DNA from: an uncultured Fidelibacterota bacterium
Lineage (GTDB): Bacteria > Fidelibacterota > UBA8477 > JABMPR01
Length of the DNA: 64,000 nt
Reading direction: 5' to 3'
NCBI GenBank assembly: GCA_937888365.1
Contig: CALBFA010000101.1
Coordinates: 54,035 to 118,034 of the forward strand
Shown: in pieces, positions 49,759 through 59,715 of the stretch
Numbering within the stretch: position 1 is the stretch's first letter
Layout of the letters: the number at the start of each line of letters is the position of its first letter
Notes under the pieces: model-generated
The model's database searches: none
The model's input: the letters and a program-made list of their open reading frames with translations, nothing else
Told to the model about the DNA's origin: nothing
Program-made: the position numbers and the translations under genes

Positions 49759-49788
49759 GCCACCTCAGAAATGAGGTGGCTTTTTTTT
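49759..49788 (+). terminator. Rho-independent terminator after the tRNA
   Basis: Hairpin GCCACCTCA-GAAA-TGAGGTGGC followed by T8. Confidence 0.85.
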
Positions 49789-49792
49789 GCTC

Positions 49793-50128
49793 ATGACTAA
49801 TATTTATAGCATTGATTCCGCTTTGATAGAGGATATATTGATTCAAAGAAGGAATGGATTTTTGCATTACAATAACACTCTCTATAGTGCCATACATAAT
49901 CAACTCACAATTGGGATGACAGCTGATTTGTTCAAACAATTTTTACATTTTAACGAGACGCCTAATGGGGAGAACGGGGCGAAAATATATCGTCCATGGG
50001 AATGTAATTTCTTTGAGCATTTTGCCCCCATGCATCAACCTCAAAAAAGAGATGATGAATTATCCATCCTAAAAGACCGCCTTTTTATCAAGATGATCTT
50101 ATTAAATAAAGTTCAAACACCTGATTAA
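49793..50128 (+). CDS. Hypothetical protein
   Basis: 111-aa ORF with no recognisable motifs. Begins inside the tRNA terminator T-run. Confidence 0.3.
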   Translation: MTNIYSIDSALIEDILIQRRNGFLHYNNTLYSAIHNQLTIGMTADLFKQFLHFNETPNGENGAKIYRPWECNFFEHFAPMHQPQKRDDELSILKDRLFIKMILLNKVQTPD

Positions 50129-50152
50129 TCTGTTTTACATAAAACTTTCACT

Positions 50153-51502
50153 ATGATTTATCGAATTATTAAATTTTTTGCTATAATTGGACTCAATCTT
50201 TTCTTTAAAAAAATTGTCGTTTCAGGTAAAGGACGTTTACCATTGTTTGGGCCCGTACTCCTCGCCGCCAACCATCCAAATACCCTAATGGATCCGATGC
50301 TTGTGTCTTACACTTCTTCCAGAAATCCTCATGTTTTAGCGAAAAGTACATTATTTGACAATAATGTTTTACGCTGGATTTTTACGCGTTTACCCATCAT
50401 CCCCGTTTATCGAAAAGCAGACGTCGGTAACAATACGTCAAAAAATGAAATGACGTTTGAAGCGTGTTACGATTTCTTGAGCAAAGGCAAATCAATCATG
50501 ATCTTCCCCGAAGGTATCAGCCAAATGGATCGACAACTGCATCCTATTAAAACGGGAATAACGCGCATAGGCTTAGGTGCAGAATTGGCTCATAATTTTG
50601 AATTAGGTGTCACAATCATGCCTATAGGCATCAACTATTCTGATCCGACATCATTCTATAGCAATGTGTATGTTAAGTATGGCAATCCCATCAAACTTCA
50701 AGATTATAGGCAAGCATACTATAAAGACGAAATCGCAACGGTGAATGCCATCACGGAGAAAATTAGATCTGACTTAGAATATTTGACCGCGACGGTGCAA
50801 AAAAGCGAGGTAACTCAAGCCGTTGAAGCATTAGAAATAATCTACAAAAAAGAGCTAATGGTCGATGAATCCCTTTTATTTCGAACGATTAAGCAAGATT
50901 TTCTTGTCACAAAAGGTATTATTGATGCTGTACATTGGTTGTACGACAATAACCCTATTCAATTCAATGCGATCTTTGAACAGCTTCAAAATTACATGGA
51001 TCAATTAAAACTTTATCATTTAGAAGACGAGTTCCTTTCAGATTCCCATACAGGCATTGGTGCATACAAAATTTCGAGGGCCATATTCCAAGGTTTTATC
51101 GGTTTGCCACTTTTTCTATTTGGCTTCTTAACAAGTGGTATCCCCTATCAACTTCCTAGACTCATTTTAAATAGAATCAATATAGAAATCGAATATTACT
51201 CAACCGTTAAATTTCTCGTTGGTATGGTTGCATATTTGATAATTTATAGTTTAGAAATTTGGCTTGTTGCCGCCTATTTTCAATCACCATTTTGGACAAT
51301 TATGTTTATTTTTCTCTTATTACCCTCGGGTAAGTACTCACTTTTTTTTAAGGACAAATTAAAAGAGTATTGGCGATATTTTCAATTTCTTGTTTTACGA
51401 AAGCAACAACCCAATCTCGTAATACAACTTAAAACACGTCGTAATGATATCTTAGAAATCCTTGATGATCTGAAACATATCTATTTGAATCAAAACGATT
51501 GA
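50153..51502 (+). CDS. Lysophospholipid acyltransferase family protein (PlsC-like 1-acyl-sn-glycerol-3-phosphate acyltransferase) with a C-terminal membrane extension
   Basis: HxxxxD motif in AANHPNTLMDP and the FPEGIS motif. C-terminal TM helices. Confidence 0.7.
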   Translation: MIYRIIKFFAIIGLNLFFKKIVVSGKGRLPLFGPVLLAANHPNTLMDPMLVSYTSSRNPHVLAKSTLFDNNVLRWIFTRLPIIPVYRKADVGNNTSKNEMTFEACYDFLSKGKSIMIFPEGISQMDRQLHPIKTGITRIGLGAELAHNFELGVTIMPIGINYSDPTSFYSNVYVKYGNPIKLQDYRQAYYKDEIATVNAITEKIRSDLEYLTATVQKSEVTQAVEALEIIYKKELMVDESLLFRTIKQDFLVTKGIIDAVHWLYDNNPIQFNAIFEQLQNYMDQLKLYHLEDEFLSDSHTGIGAYKISRAIFQGFIGLPLFLFGFLTSGIPYQLPRLILNRINIEIEYYSTVKFLVGMVAYLIIYSLEIWLVAAYFQSPFWTIMFIFLLLPSGKYSLFFKDKLKEYWRYFQFLVLRKQQPNLVIQLKTRRNDILEILDDLKHIYLNQND

Positions 51503-51565
51503 TAAACATTTTTTTTTAACAATTTATTCACTTCTAGCCGTCAACTATTTTCTTAGTTTAGACCC

Positions 51566-52621
51566 ATGGAACAATTAATTTCGGTACTCACAAAATATTT
51601 TAATTTTATGATTAACACGCCTCTTCTTATGAGCTTAGTCATTTTTCTTTTTACCGTCATTGCAGGTAAGTTTATACAAACTTTGATCAGTCGAGTATTT
51701 ACAAAACTAGCAAAAGACAGGCGAAGCGCTTGGAATTCTGAAATGGTAAGGGGTATTAACCAATCCATCTATTTATCAATTTTAGGTGCTGGATTTTTCT
51801 TTGCATTTTCTCAACTAACATTACCTGAATTAGCACATTTTTTTATAAACGGAATAATCAAAACTGTACTTATTATTACATGGGCTAAAACAAGTCAACT
51901 AATTATATATGAAACCTTAAAATGGTTTTCAAAACGTAAAAAACGTGGAATTGTAATTCAACCGTCAACGCTACCTTTTTTTGAAAATATTGCGTTTATT
52001 TTAATTTGGGGCGGGACCATTTATTTTACGCTTATTTCATGGGATGTTGATTTAACCGCATGGATGGCTTCTGCTGGTATTATTGGTATCGCATTAGGTT
52101 TTGCAGCTAAAGATAGTTTGGCAAATTTCTTTGCTGGTATTTTTATCATTGCCGATAGCCCCTATAAAATTGGGGATTTTATTATACTCGATGGTTCTGA
52201 ACGCGGTAAAGTTACGGAAATTGGTATTCGTTCTACACGCATGCTGACACCAGATGATGTCGAAATTACCATACCCAATTCAATTATTGGGAATTCAAAA
52301 ATTATAAATATTACGGGTGGTCCTTACGAAAAGAGTCGCGTCAAAGTGCAAGTTGGTGTTTCCTATAGCTCCGATATTGATTTAGTGCGAGAAATCCTTT
52401 ATAAAGTTGGTGCAGATTCGCCTCTTGCCGATCATGTGATTGAACCTAAAGTTCGTTTTATGGAATTTGGTGATTCATCTCTTAATTTCGAATTATGGGT
52501 CTGGGCGCAACCCGAGGATTTACTTCACGTTAAAGACGATTTAAATAGTGCCATCTTCAAAGCTTTTAAACAGCATAATATCACTATTCCGTTTCCTCAA
52601 GTTGTGGTGCACAAAGCCTAA
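51566..52621 (+). CDS. Mechanosensitive ion channel, MscS family
   Basis: Three TM helices plus the MscS beta-domain GIALGFAAKDSLANFFAGIFIIADSPYKIGDFI. Confidence 0.8.
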   Translation: MEQLISVLTKYFNFMINTPLLMSLVIFLFTVIAGKFIQTLISRVFTKLAKDRRSAWNSEMVRGINQSIYLSILGAGFFFAFSQLTLPELAHFFINGIIKTVLIITWAKTSQLIIYETLKWFSKRKKRGIVIQPSTLPFFENIAFILIWGGTIYFTLISWDVDLTAWMASAGIIGIALGFAAKDSLANFFAGIFIIADSPYKIGDFIILDGSERGKVTEIGIRSTRMLTPDDVEITIPNSIIGNSKIINITGGPYEKSRVKVQVGVSYSSDIDLVREILYKVGADSPLADHVIEPKVRFMEFGDSSLNFELWVWAQPEDLLHVKDDLNSAIFKAFKQHNITIPFPQVVVHKA

Positions 52622-52779
52622 TTAGCAACGAACTCACTATTTCTACATTAATCAATGATGTCTAACAAAAACGTTGTCGATTTACATAAATTCTAGACTC
52701 AGACTCTCTTCTATTTTCCGAATTTTTTAACTTTCAAAACAAGCCATTTCAACTACTTTCACTTCGCTATTAGACAATT

Positions 52780-52923
52780 GGCGGTGCAATGATGGAAGCT
52801 CGTGAAAATCGAGCACAGTCGCGCTACTGTAACCGAGGACAAACTCAACAAAGGCCACTATGATACGATGGGAAGGCGTTGAGATTTGGTTGATTCGGGA
52901 GTCAGGATACTTCATTACCGCCC
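52780..52923 (+). ncRNA. Candidate cobalamin (AdoCbl) riboswitch upstream of a TonB-dependent receptor
   Basis: Ordered conserved elements: GGTG-cAA near the 5' end, the hairpin GCTCG-TGAAAAT-CGAGC, CGCGCTACTGTAAC (consensus CCCGCCACTGTAA), GCCACT, GGGAAGGC, and the B12-box-like GAGTCAGGATAC. Closed by the 5' GGCGGT and 3' ACCGCC. Position matches the classic btuB-type arrangement. Confidence 0.55.
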
Positions 52924-53227
52924 TTAAATTCATAAACCTTCGCGAAAAAGGCAAAGAATTATCCTTCTCTTCCCACAACATTCCAATCAAACTCTCCTAA
53001 GGCTTTTCGTATTTTTTCTAAGTTTCCATACTGTCATTTGGGCGATTCCGACCATCTCAGGGCAAATTGTCGACGCTAATAACAATGGCATTTCCTTTGT
53101 CCAAATTCAAAATCTCAAAACAAACGTTTGGGATACATCCGATATAAATGGGTATTTTAGTGTAAGCGGAAATATTTCTTTAGGAGATGTCTTTAAGCTG
53201 TCAAGAATTGGCACTATCACTGATACG

Positions 53228-55039
53228 GTGCTTATTCAAAATTTCAATTATCAAATCTGGCGTTTAAATTTCGATGTCATTAGGCTTAATGATATTACGG
53301 TGGATGCAGACTATCAGCAGCAGGAATTACGAAGTCCGAAATACCTGATTTCAAATCATGACGAACCTGTTTCAATCCGATCCTCGACTTTTTTTAAGCA
53401 ATTACCTGGCGTAACGATTAAACGCTATGGTGGACCTGCAGGCATTAGTCAAATAAGCTCAGACGGCGGCTCAGCTTCTCAAACCAAGATTCTTCTGAAC
53501 GGCTTTGATTTGACATCCGCTCAAAATGGTAGCACGGATATTTCCCAATTACCGCCTCAACTTTTTAATACAATTTCTTTTGATTTAAGCCAAAGACAAA
53601 AACAATCTGGTATGAGTGATGGCGTAATCGGCATCCAAACTGATTTTGATAAACGATATATTTCTATGACGGCTGGGAGCTTTGGTGAAAGGCAAATCTC
53701 TGGCGCATGGAATTTGAATACCGAAAATAAAAAGCTCTTTTTTGCGGGAGGACACTCAGAATATGAGGGAAATTATCCTTCGATTTGGCGAGATATTGAG
53801 ACATCAAGACGAAATAATAACTTTAGGCAGGATTACGTTTTTTCCCAAGGGCAACTCCTTATTCCAAACCTCGCCTATTTACGCATCATTGGCCTAGAAT
53901 CGCAACAAAATCGAGGTGTAGCAGGACAATCATGGAATCCCGATACGGTTTCCAGGCGCTCTGATAAATTATCCCTGTTGGGATTTCAATCAGCAATGAT
54001 GTTTAAAAAGGGCAGCCTTTTTGGGCAACTCATGCGACGGAGTTCGGAAGAATATTTTGATCAAAAGTTGGGTATGCTAATTCGCCACTACCAACACAAT
54101 AGTGAAACAAACCTTATTCATCTCCGAGGGTCAATTGAGTATAATGCTATTAAATTTATTGCATCGAGAGAAGATCGCTTTGAATCGTTATCGTCGGACG
54201 CCGTAGAGAATAATGTCCATCGTCGCATTACTCAAATGACGGCGAATCTAATAGTTTCTCTTGCTTTAGGGTTTCGTGGAACGGCAAATATTCATTCCCA
54301 TCAAGAAAACTTAAAATCTCAACTTACACATTATGGCTATTCAATATCCTGGGAATCAAAGCTCCCCTATTTGCCCGAAATTTTTCTAAGTCAAGAGTCG
54401 TATTACCGCATCCCAACACTAAACGACCTGTACTGGCAACCAGGCGGTAATCCTGCCCTATTGGCAGAGACAACACAGTCACACCTGGCTTCATTAAATT
54501 GGATATTTCCCTCTACTCATTTTCGAATTTTGGCTTATGGAAAAATCAGCCAAAATTTAATTCAATGGATGCCGCAAAACGCCTATTGGCGACCCGTCAA
54601 TATTCTGGAAGCCAAACGCTCCGGTATCAAAGCATCGGGGCATTTTCAAATACATTCAAATTTAGAATTCAACATGCATTACGGATGGCATCATTCAGAA
54701 AGTTTGAGTGGCGATTTTCATAATGGCAAAGCCTTACGATTTGCACCTAATCAAACGGGAATGGGCAATTTCCGGGCATCATGGCATCGCCTAAATGCAA
54801 CATTCCAAGCCGATTACATCGCATCTCGCATCAGTATGTATGGCTACCCTGAAGATATCATTTTGCCTGAAGCGACATTCTATTCCCTTGGAATCGGTAC
54901 AACTTTGCAGCCCATTTCCATCCATCTAAAAATAGATAATATTTCAGATGTTTATTACGAAACAATTTTAGGCTACCCAGAACCACCTCGATCTTTTTCT
55001 ATAAATATTCTCTATAATTTTAGGAACCCTGAAGAATAA
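53228..55039 (+). CDS. TonB-dependent receptor-like outer-membrane protein (BtuB-like by context). The N-terminus probably extends upstream: the frame is open from 52928.
   Basis: Plug domain (LPGVTIKRYGGPAGISQISSDGGSASQTKILLNGFDL) and a beta-barrel. Upstream, in the same frame, lie a carboxypeptidase-regulatory-like domain (SGQIVDANNNGISFVQIQ...NGYFSVSG) and a hydrophobic signal-like segment, with no canonical start codon. Confidence 0.6.
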   Translation: MLIQNFNYQIWRLNFDVIRLNDITVDADYQQQELRSPKYLISNHDEPVSIRSSTFFKQLPGVTIKRYGGPAGISQISSDGGSASQTKILLNGFDLTSAQNGSTDISQLPPQLFNTISFDLSQRQKQSGMSDGVIGIQTDFDKRYISMTAGSFGERQISGAWNLNTENKKLFFAGGHSEYEGNYPSIWRDIETSRRNNNFRQDYVFSQGQLLIPNLAYLRIIGLESQQNRGVAGQSWNPDTVSRRSDKLSLLGFQSAMMFKKGSLFGQLMRRSSEEYFDQKLGMLIRHYQHNSETNLIHLRGSIEYNAIKFIASREDRFESLSSDAVENNVHRRITQMTANLIVSLALGFRGTANIHSHQENLKSQLTHYGYSISWESKLPYLPEIFLSQESYYRIPTLNDLYWQPGGNPALLAETTQSHLASLNWIFPSTHFRILAYGKISQNLIQWMPQNAYWRPVNILEAKRSGIKASGHFQIHSNLEFNMHYGWHHSESLSGDFHNGKALRFAPNQTGMGNFRASWHRLNATFQADYIASRISMYGYPEDIILPEATFYSLGIGTTLQPISIHLKIDNISDVYYETILGYPEPPRSFSINILYNFRNPEE

Positions 55040-55094
55040 TGATAAAATATTTCATAGTCATAAGCACACCTCATCAACCTTTGAAAGGGAAATA

Positions 55095-56402
55095 ATGAAA
55101 CACATTCTACTCCTATTAATACTCACTTTGTTGGCATTTGCTCAAGACGGTCTCTTCGTCTTATGCGAAGGCAATTATGGCTCGACGAATGCGTCTCTCT
55201 GGTCTCTGGACATAAATAATTCTTCGGCTTCGATTCCAGCGTTTATAGGATTTGATGCCTCTCAGATGGGCGACACAGGACAATCCATGAAAATCGTCGA
55301 TTCTAAAATGTACGTTTGTATGAATAACAGCCACAGTATCGAAATTTTTAGTGTCACTGATAACGCCAATCCAACTCATGTCCATACAATTGACGTTTCT
55401 GGTGTGTCACCTCGATACTTAGCGATATTGGACAATTCCGCCTATGTTACATCATGGAATTTGAACGCTATTCTGAAGATTAATCTTGATAATTATCAGA
55501 TCGAGGACACGATAAACGTAAACGGAATGCCTGAAGATATTTTGACTTATGACGGAAAACTCTATGTGTCGCTAACGATGAATGCAGATTGGTCCAGTTC
55601 AAATCAAGTATTGGAATTAGCAAATACCAACGGTGAATGGTCGACTCTAAATAGTTATAATGTAATACCTGGGCCAGGTCGTTTGCTTATTCATGATGAC
55701 AATCTTTACATTGCCAGCACGTATTATAATGATGCATGGGAAACGTTTGCAGGGACCTCTCGAATCAATCTTCTAACAGGTGATGTTCTCGCTGTTGATT
55801 ACGGCCTTAGTTATAGCTATGGAGGCGATCTAGCCATCATGAATAATAGTATATACCGTTCTACGTTCACTGGCGCTGCTATGATGGATGATAGTCTTCA
55901 ACTTGTATCAGATGGTGAAATCAGTGATATGGAAAATGTCTATATGTTCTCAATTATTAATGATAATTTCTATTTTGGTCTTACAGACTATGTGGCTCCT
56001 GATAATATCCGTGTTTATAATGCCGATGGCGAATTTATTAATAATTTTGTTGTGGGAGCGCTACCGACTGAAATTGTATTAAGTGTGGCATCTAATGCCG
56101 TAGCAGCGACACCACTGCAGGCAAGAGAATTTGAAATTAATGGAAATTATCCGAATCCATTTAATCCAAATACGATGATTGATTTTGAAGTGGAAAAAGA
56201 GACACGTTTATCAGCTCATATAATTGATATTAATGGACATATCATCAGTGAATATCCCACTCAAACTTTCGCAGCGGGGCATTATAGTATCAACTGGAAT
56301 GGTCTCACTTTTGACGGAGAACCTCTACCAAGTGGGATTTACTTTGTAAAAATATTTACCAATAATAGCTCCGATATTTTGAAAATAACCTTATTAAGAT
56401 AA
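55095..56402 (+). CDS. Beta-propeller (YVTN-type repeat) protein with a T9SS C-terminal sorting domain
   Basis: Signal peptide MKHILLLLILTLLAFA. C-terminal NGNYPNPFNPNTMIDF...SGIYFVKIF is a T9SS C-terminal domain. Confidence 0.6.
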   Translation: MKHILLLLILTLLAFAQDGLFVLCEGNYGSTNASLWSLDINNSSASIPAFIGFDASQMGDTGQSMKIVDSKMYVCMNNSHSIEIFSVTDNANPTHVHTIDVSGVSPRYLAILDNSAYVTSWNLNAILKINLDNYQIEDTINVNGMPEDILTYDGKLYVSLTMNADWSSSNQVLELANTNGEWSTLNSYNVIPGPGRLLIHDDNLYIASTYYNDAWETFAGTSRINLLTGDVLAVDYGLSYSYGGDLAIMNNSIYRSTFTGAAMMDDSLQLVSDGEISDMENVYMFSIINDNFYFGLTDYVAPDNIRVYNADGEFINNFVVGALPTEIVLSVASNAVAATPLQAREFEINGNYPNPFNPNTMIDFEVEKETRLSAHIIDINGHIISEYPTQTFAAGHYSINWNGLTFDGEPLPSGIYFVKIFTNNSSDILKITLLR

Positions 56403-56434
56403 TTCTCGAAACTTTTCATAACTATAAAAATAAT

Positions 56435-56458
56435 CCCACTTCATTGTGGGATATTTTT
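56435..56458. terminator. Terminator hairpin between convergent genes
   Basis: CCCAC-TTCATT-GTGGG followed by ATATTTTT. Confidence 0.5.
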
Positions 56459-56488
56459 GTATGAGTTCTTGTGATATCTTTTACAGAA

Positions 56489-58102
56489 TCAATTCATAAA
56501 CGCCCATGTTACGGTTAAAACATGGAAGCTTGATTCTGTGGGAGTATTGGTCAATGAAATAAATGATTGTGGCAGATTAAGGGCAGAAATATTCGTTAAA
56601 AGGGGATCATAATTGGCGTTATAATTTGTATAATTGATACTTAATGTTTGAATTACAGCCGTGATATTTGCATGGACAAGGTGCACGTTATCACGATTAA
56701 AAATAAAGGGTGACGGTTCTACGCGCAGTTTACCCGGATTAAATACTCCTGAATTTACATTGAAATAATGTTCTCCCATAAGACCTGGGAAAATAAGCAA
56801 GGCACCGGATCGCAAACGAATAGGCAAGTAGATCGACCACGTTAATTTTTCATCCGCAAAATTGAATATTTCATTCTCATGCTTTAATAGTTGGTCATAT
56901 TGTATGGTAAATAATTTTCTTGAGTCCGTCTGTATTGCATAACGTGCTTTCCAGCCCATTGCCCCATGGTTTGTTTCCCAAAATTGAATTGATTGCGAAC
57001 CAAATTGATCAAATTGGTAAAATACGTTTAGGGAGGAAACAGTCTGTAAATGTGCCGTCACTTCTTTGATATCAGTCTGTAGTAGCGGTTTCGTTAGGAA
57101 ACTGAGTTTAAATTTATTCCATTTTTTTTCGATTCTAATATCGGGACTTATTTCAACATTGTGATGATAAAGGCTTTTAAAACCCACGTTAAAGGCATCA
57201 AAATGACGGATATTCATTTTGAAATTGGCATCAAACACAGGGTAAGTCAAACGCGTACTATCATTTTTAAAATGTACGCCACCGCTTAAGAAATCCATTG
57301 ATTCAGACCTATTATAAAAGCCCATCAAAGCGATTGTTCGGGTTTCATGAGATTCATTTCCAAGCCATTTTCGAGACCCAACTCTCTCCCACAGTTCAAA
57401 GTTGCGAATCCATTTTTGAGTTGAATCATGAATTTGAATACCCCCCGTCGCATACTGATGCTCATACACTGATAATCCGAGAATCCCAGTTAGTCCCAAT
57501 TCATCATAATTTAAATCATTGAAAGGAAGCAATGCTTTATGCAATTGTGCCGTCAATCGCATGGATTTTTTGTCCTCTTTGACGATCCATTGTGCACGAT
57601 GATCTTCCACGCTATAAGAATCAGAACCAATATATCTTGGGAATTTGCGTATCTCATGTAATTGACCATAATATTGATGGGGTGAAATTGAAGTATGGTA
57701 CCAAATCCCAAAGTTCATAATATTATAATCGCCTTGTTTATAATGTACTTCTAACCAAGTGGCGGCTGTATCGTTTGAGGATGTCAACGGCACGTCTAAA
57801 CCCATTTTAGATGAAGTATAAGGCAGCGATCCGGCAATCCAGATAGCTTGAAGCGAACTCCCTGTGGGATTTAAATCGAGGCTTTGATTCCAATGATTAA
57901 GCGTAAAACCTTCGCTACCATAGGGTCGGGAGACATCCCAGGTTCCAGCTTCTCCGACACGTACACCAAAATTAGGTTCAATATTCGGTGCGTAACTCGG
58001 AAATAAAAGTTGTCCATTCAAATTTAAATAAAACAGAGACAGCAGAATCAATCGAACTGCATGATTTATTCTCGGCTTTGTAAATTCTAGGGATTTATAC
58101 AT
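56489..58102 (-). CDS. Hypothetical protein with an N-terminal signal-like segment. Possibly an outer-membrane protein.
   Basis: 537-aa ORF with no recognisable catalytic motifs. Confidence 0.4.
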   Translation of the reverse strand: MYKSLEFTKPRINHAVRLILLSLFYLNLNGQLLFPSYAPNIEPNFGVRVGEAGTWDVSRPYGSEGFTLNHWNQSLDLNPTGSSLQAIWIAGSLPYTSSKMGLDVPLTSSNDTAATWLEVHYKQGDYNIMNFGIWYHTSISPHQYYGQLHEIRKFPRYIGSDSYSVEDHRAQWIVKEDKKSMRLTAQLHKALLPFNDLNYDELGLTGILGLSVYEHQYATGGIQIHDSTQKWIRNFELWERVGSRKWLGNESHETRTIALMGFYNRSESMDFLSGGVHFKNDSTRLTYPVFDANFKMNIRHFDAFNVGFKSLYHHNVEISPDIRIEKKWNKFKLSFLTKPLLQTDIKEVTAHLQTVSSLNVFYQFDQFGSQSIQFWETNHGAMGWKARYAIQTDSRKLFTIQYDQLLKHENEIFNFADEKLTWSIYLPIRLRSGALLIFPGLMGEHYFNVNSGVFNPGKLRVEPSPFIFNRDNVHLVHANITAVIQTLSINYTNYNANYDPLLTNISALNLPQSFISLTNTPTESSFHVLTVTWAFMN

Positions 58103-58136
58103 AGGAGCAATTCAATGGAAACTTTTTTTTGATGCA

Positions 58137-58751
58137 TTAGACTTTATCTGTGAGTGCGTTGAAATGAATATCCGTAACACTTTTTTCAGTTAATTGTAAT
58201 TGAAATTGAATGATTTGCATATGGGTACTTTTGATTAACTCTGGCATAACCCAGGCGAAAATCACCACATTAGCGACCATATGTATTGAGAAAAACGGTA
58301 ATCCCACGAGCAAGGTCTTCCAAGTTCCTGACCAATCCATCCCTGCTGTCAATGGGTAACTTAGCGCCGTAATGCCATCATAACTAAGGGTTAATAAAGC
58401 ACCTATGATTCCATTTAATAATCGTGTTTTGTATGTAAGTGATTGATTGATAAGAACTTTTGAAAGTAATGCACCGAAATAGGCTATGAATCCCATACCG
58501 ATAATTTGGGACATAAAAAGAGCTGGGAATGCGAGTCCCGAGCCAATTGGATTGAGTGCAGAATAGAGCCCTTCTCCCATCACGGCAACAGCAATTCCAT
58601 TTTTATAAGAAAGTAAAACACCGGCGAGAAAAGCCAATAATGTTACAAATTCTACATTTGGAATCATGGCAAAAAGAAAACCGATTGAAAAGATTAACGA
58701 GACCCAAAATGCCATAAAAGACAATTTACGGTAGTCATTCAGATTCATCAA
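58137..58751 (-). CDS. Polytopic membrane protein, possibly an ECF-transporter S-component-like protein
   Basis: 204 aa with 5-6 TM helices. Overlaps the 3' end of the yhaM-like gene by 17 nt. Confidence 0.3.
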   Translation of the reverse strand: MMNLNDYRKLSFMAFWVSLIFSIGFLFAMIPNVEFVTLLAFLAGVLLSYKNGIAVAVMGEGLYSALNPIGSGLAFPALFMSQIIGMGFIAYFGALLSKVLINQSLTYKTRLLNGIIGALLTLSYDGITALSYPLTAGMDWSGTWKTLLVGLPFFSIHMVANVVIFAWVMPELIKSTHMQIIQFQLQLTEKSVTDIHFNALTDKV

Positions 58752-59715
58752 AAAACAAATCTTTCTTTAATAGAGACACCCTAAAATAGTTGCGACGTGA
58801 GGTCCAAGTGCCCTGTTCTTTGTCCTCAAGGATGGCATTTTCCATCATATTCATACGCGCGTCCATTTCGTCAATGAAGTGTACGAGTAGAGCTTCTTTA
58901 AATTTGGGTGGTGCGGGTGATTGCCATTCATATTTGCCTTGATGGCTCAAGACAATGTGTTCGAGTTTAATCAATGTTTCTTTCGGGAAATCAGTAATGT
59001 CTTTCGCCGTCTCAATGAGCATATCGCGGCCCATTACGACATGACCCAATAAAATTCCTTCGTCTGTATAGCCGGGCTTTTCGACTGTTTTAAGCTCTTT
59101 AATTTTGCCAATATCATGAAGCAATACGCCCGTGAGTAAAAGATCGGGGTCGGCATTATAATGCTTTGCAACAAATGCCGCGAGTTTAAGCATTGAGAGC
59201 ACATGCTCTTGAAATCCGCCGTAAACGGCATGATGTAATGTCATAGAAGCGGGATGCGTTTTAATGATGGACTCATATTTTGAATACAGTTTCAATGATA
59301 GTGTCTTTAGAAATTGGTTAGACATTCCGTTGATTATTTCCATTATTTCTTGCCACATTTCATCAGGATTTTGCTTTGAAGCTGGTAACAAATCAATGGC
59401 ATCAAATCCATAGTCTCTATGTTTTTCGTGGTTTGCAATGGCAATTTCTATGATGTCTAATTGCACAATATTTTGAAATGTCGTAACCCTTGCTTTTACA
59501 GCAACAGGGTCGCCTTGTTCAAACGTTTTTTGAAATGCAGCAGCATTTTCCCAAATTTTTCCGTCGATTTTTCCGCTTTTATCGGATAAGGTTACGTGAA
59601 TATACGGTGAGCCTGTTTTCGTATTCCGCACTTCTTTGATATTGCATCGAAAGAAGCCTTGAATCTGATCTCCGGCCTTAAATTCTTGAATCATCTGTGT
59701 TTTAATTTTCATCAT
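58735..59715 (-). CDS. yhaM: OB-fold plus HD-domain protein (3'-5' exoribonuclease YhaM family)
   Basis: N-terminal OB-fold (GDQIQGFF...KSGKIDGKIWEN). HD motif LLTGVLLHDIGKIKEL. Confidence 0.65.
   Translation of the reverse strand: MMKIKTQMIQEFKAGDQIQGFFRCNIKEVRNTKTGSPYIHVTLSDKSGKIDGKIWENAAAFQKTFEQGDPVAVKARVTTFQNIVQLDIIEIAIANHEKHRDYGFDAIDLLPASKQNPDEMWQEIMEIINGMSNQFLKTLSLKLYSKYESIIKTHPASMTLHHAVYGGFQEHVLSMLKLAAFVAKHYNADPDLLLTGVLLHDIGKIKELKTVEKPGYTDEGILLGHVVMGRDMLIETAKDITDFPKETLIKLEHIVLSHQGKYEWQSPAPPKFKEALLVHFIDEMDARMNMMENAILEDKEQGTWTSRRNYFRVSLLKKDLFFDESE

Noticed and set aside
49736-49939. 67-aa minus-strand ORF overlapping the tRNA
   Set aside because: It overlaps the tRNA gene and its terminator. 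Spurious.
52727-52990. 87-aa minus-strand ORF
   Set aside because: It lies antisense across the candidate cobalamin riboswitch and the 5' region of the TonB-dependent receptor. No Shine-Dalgarno site and no motif. Likely spurious.
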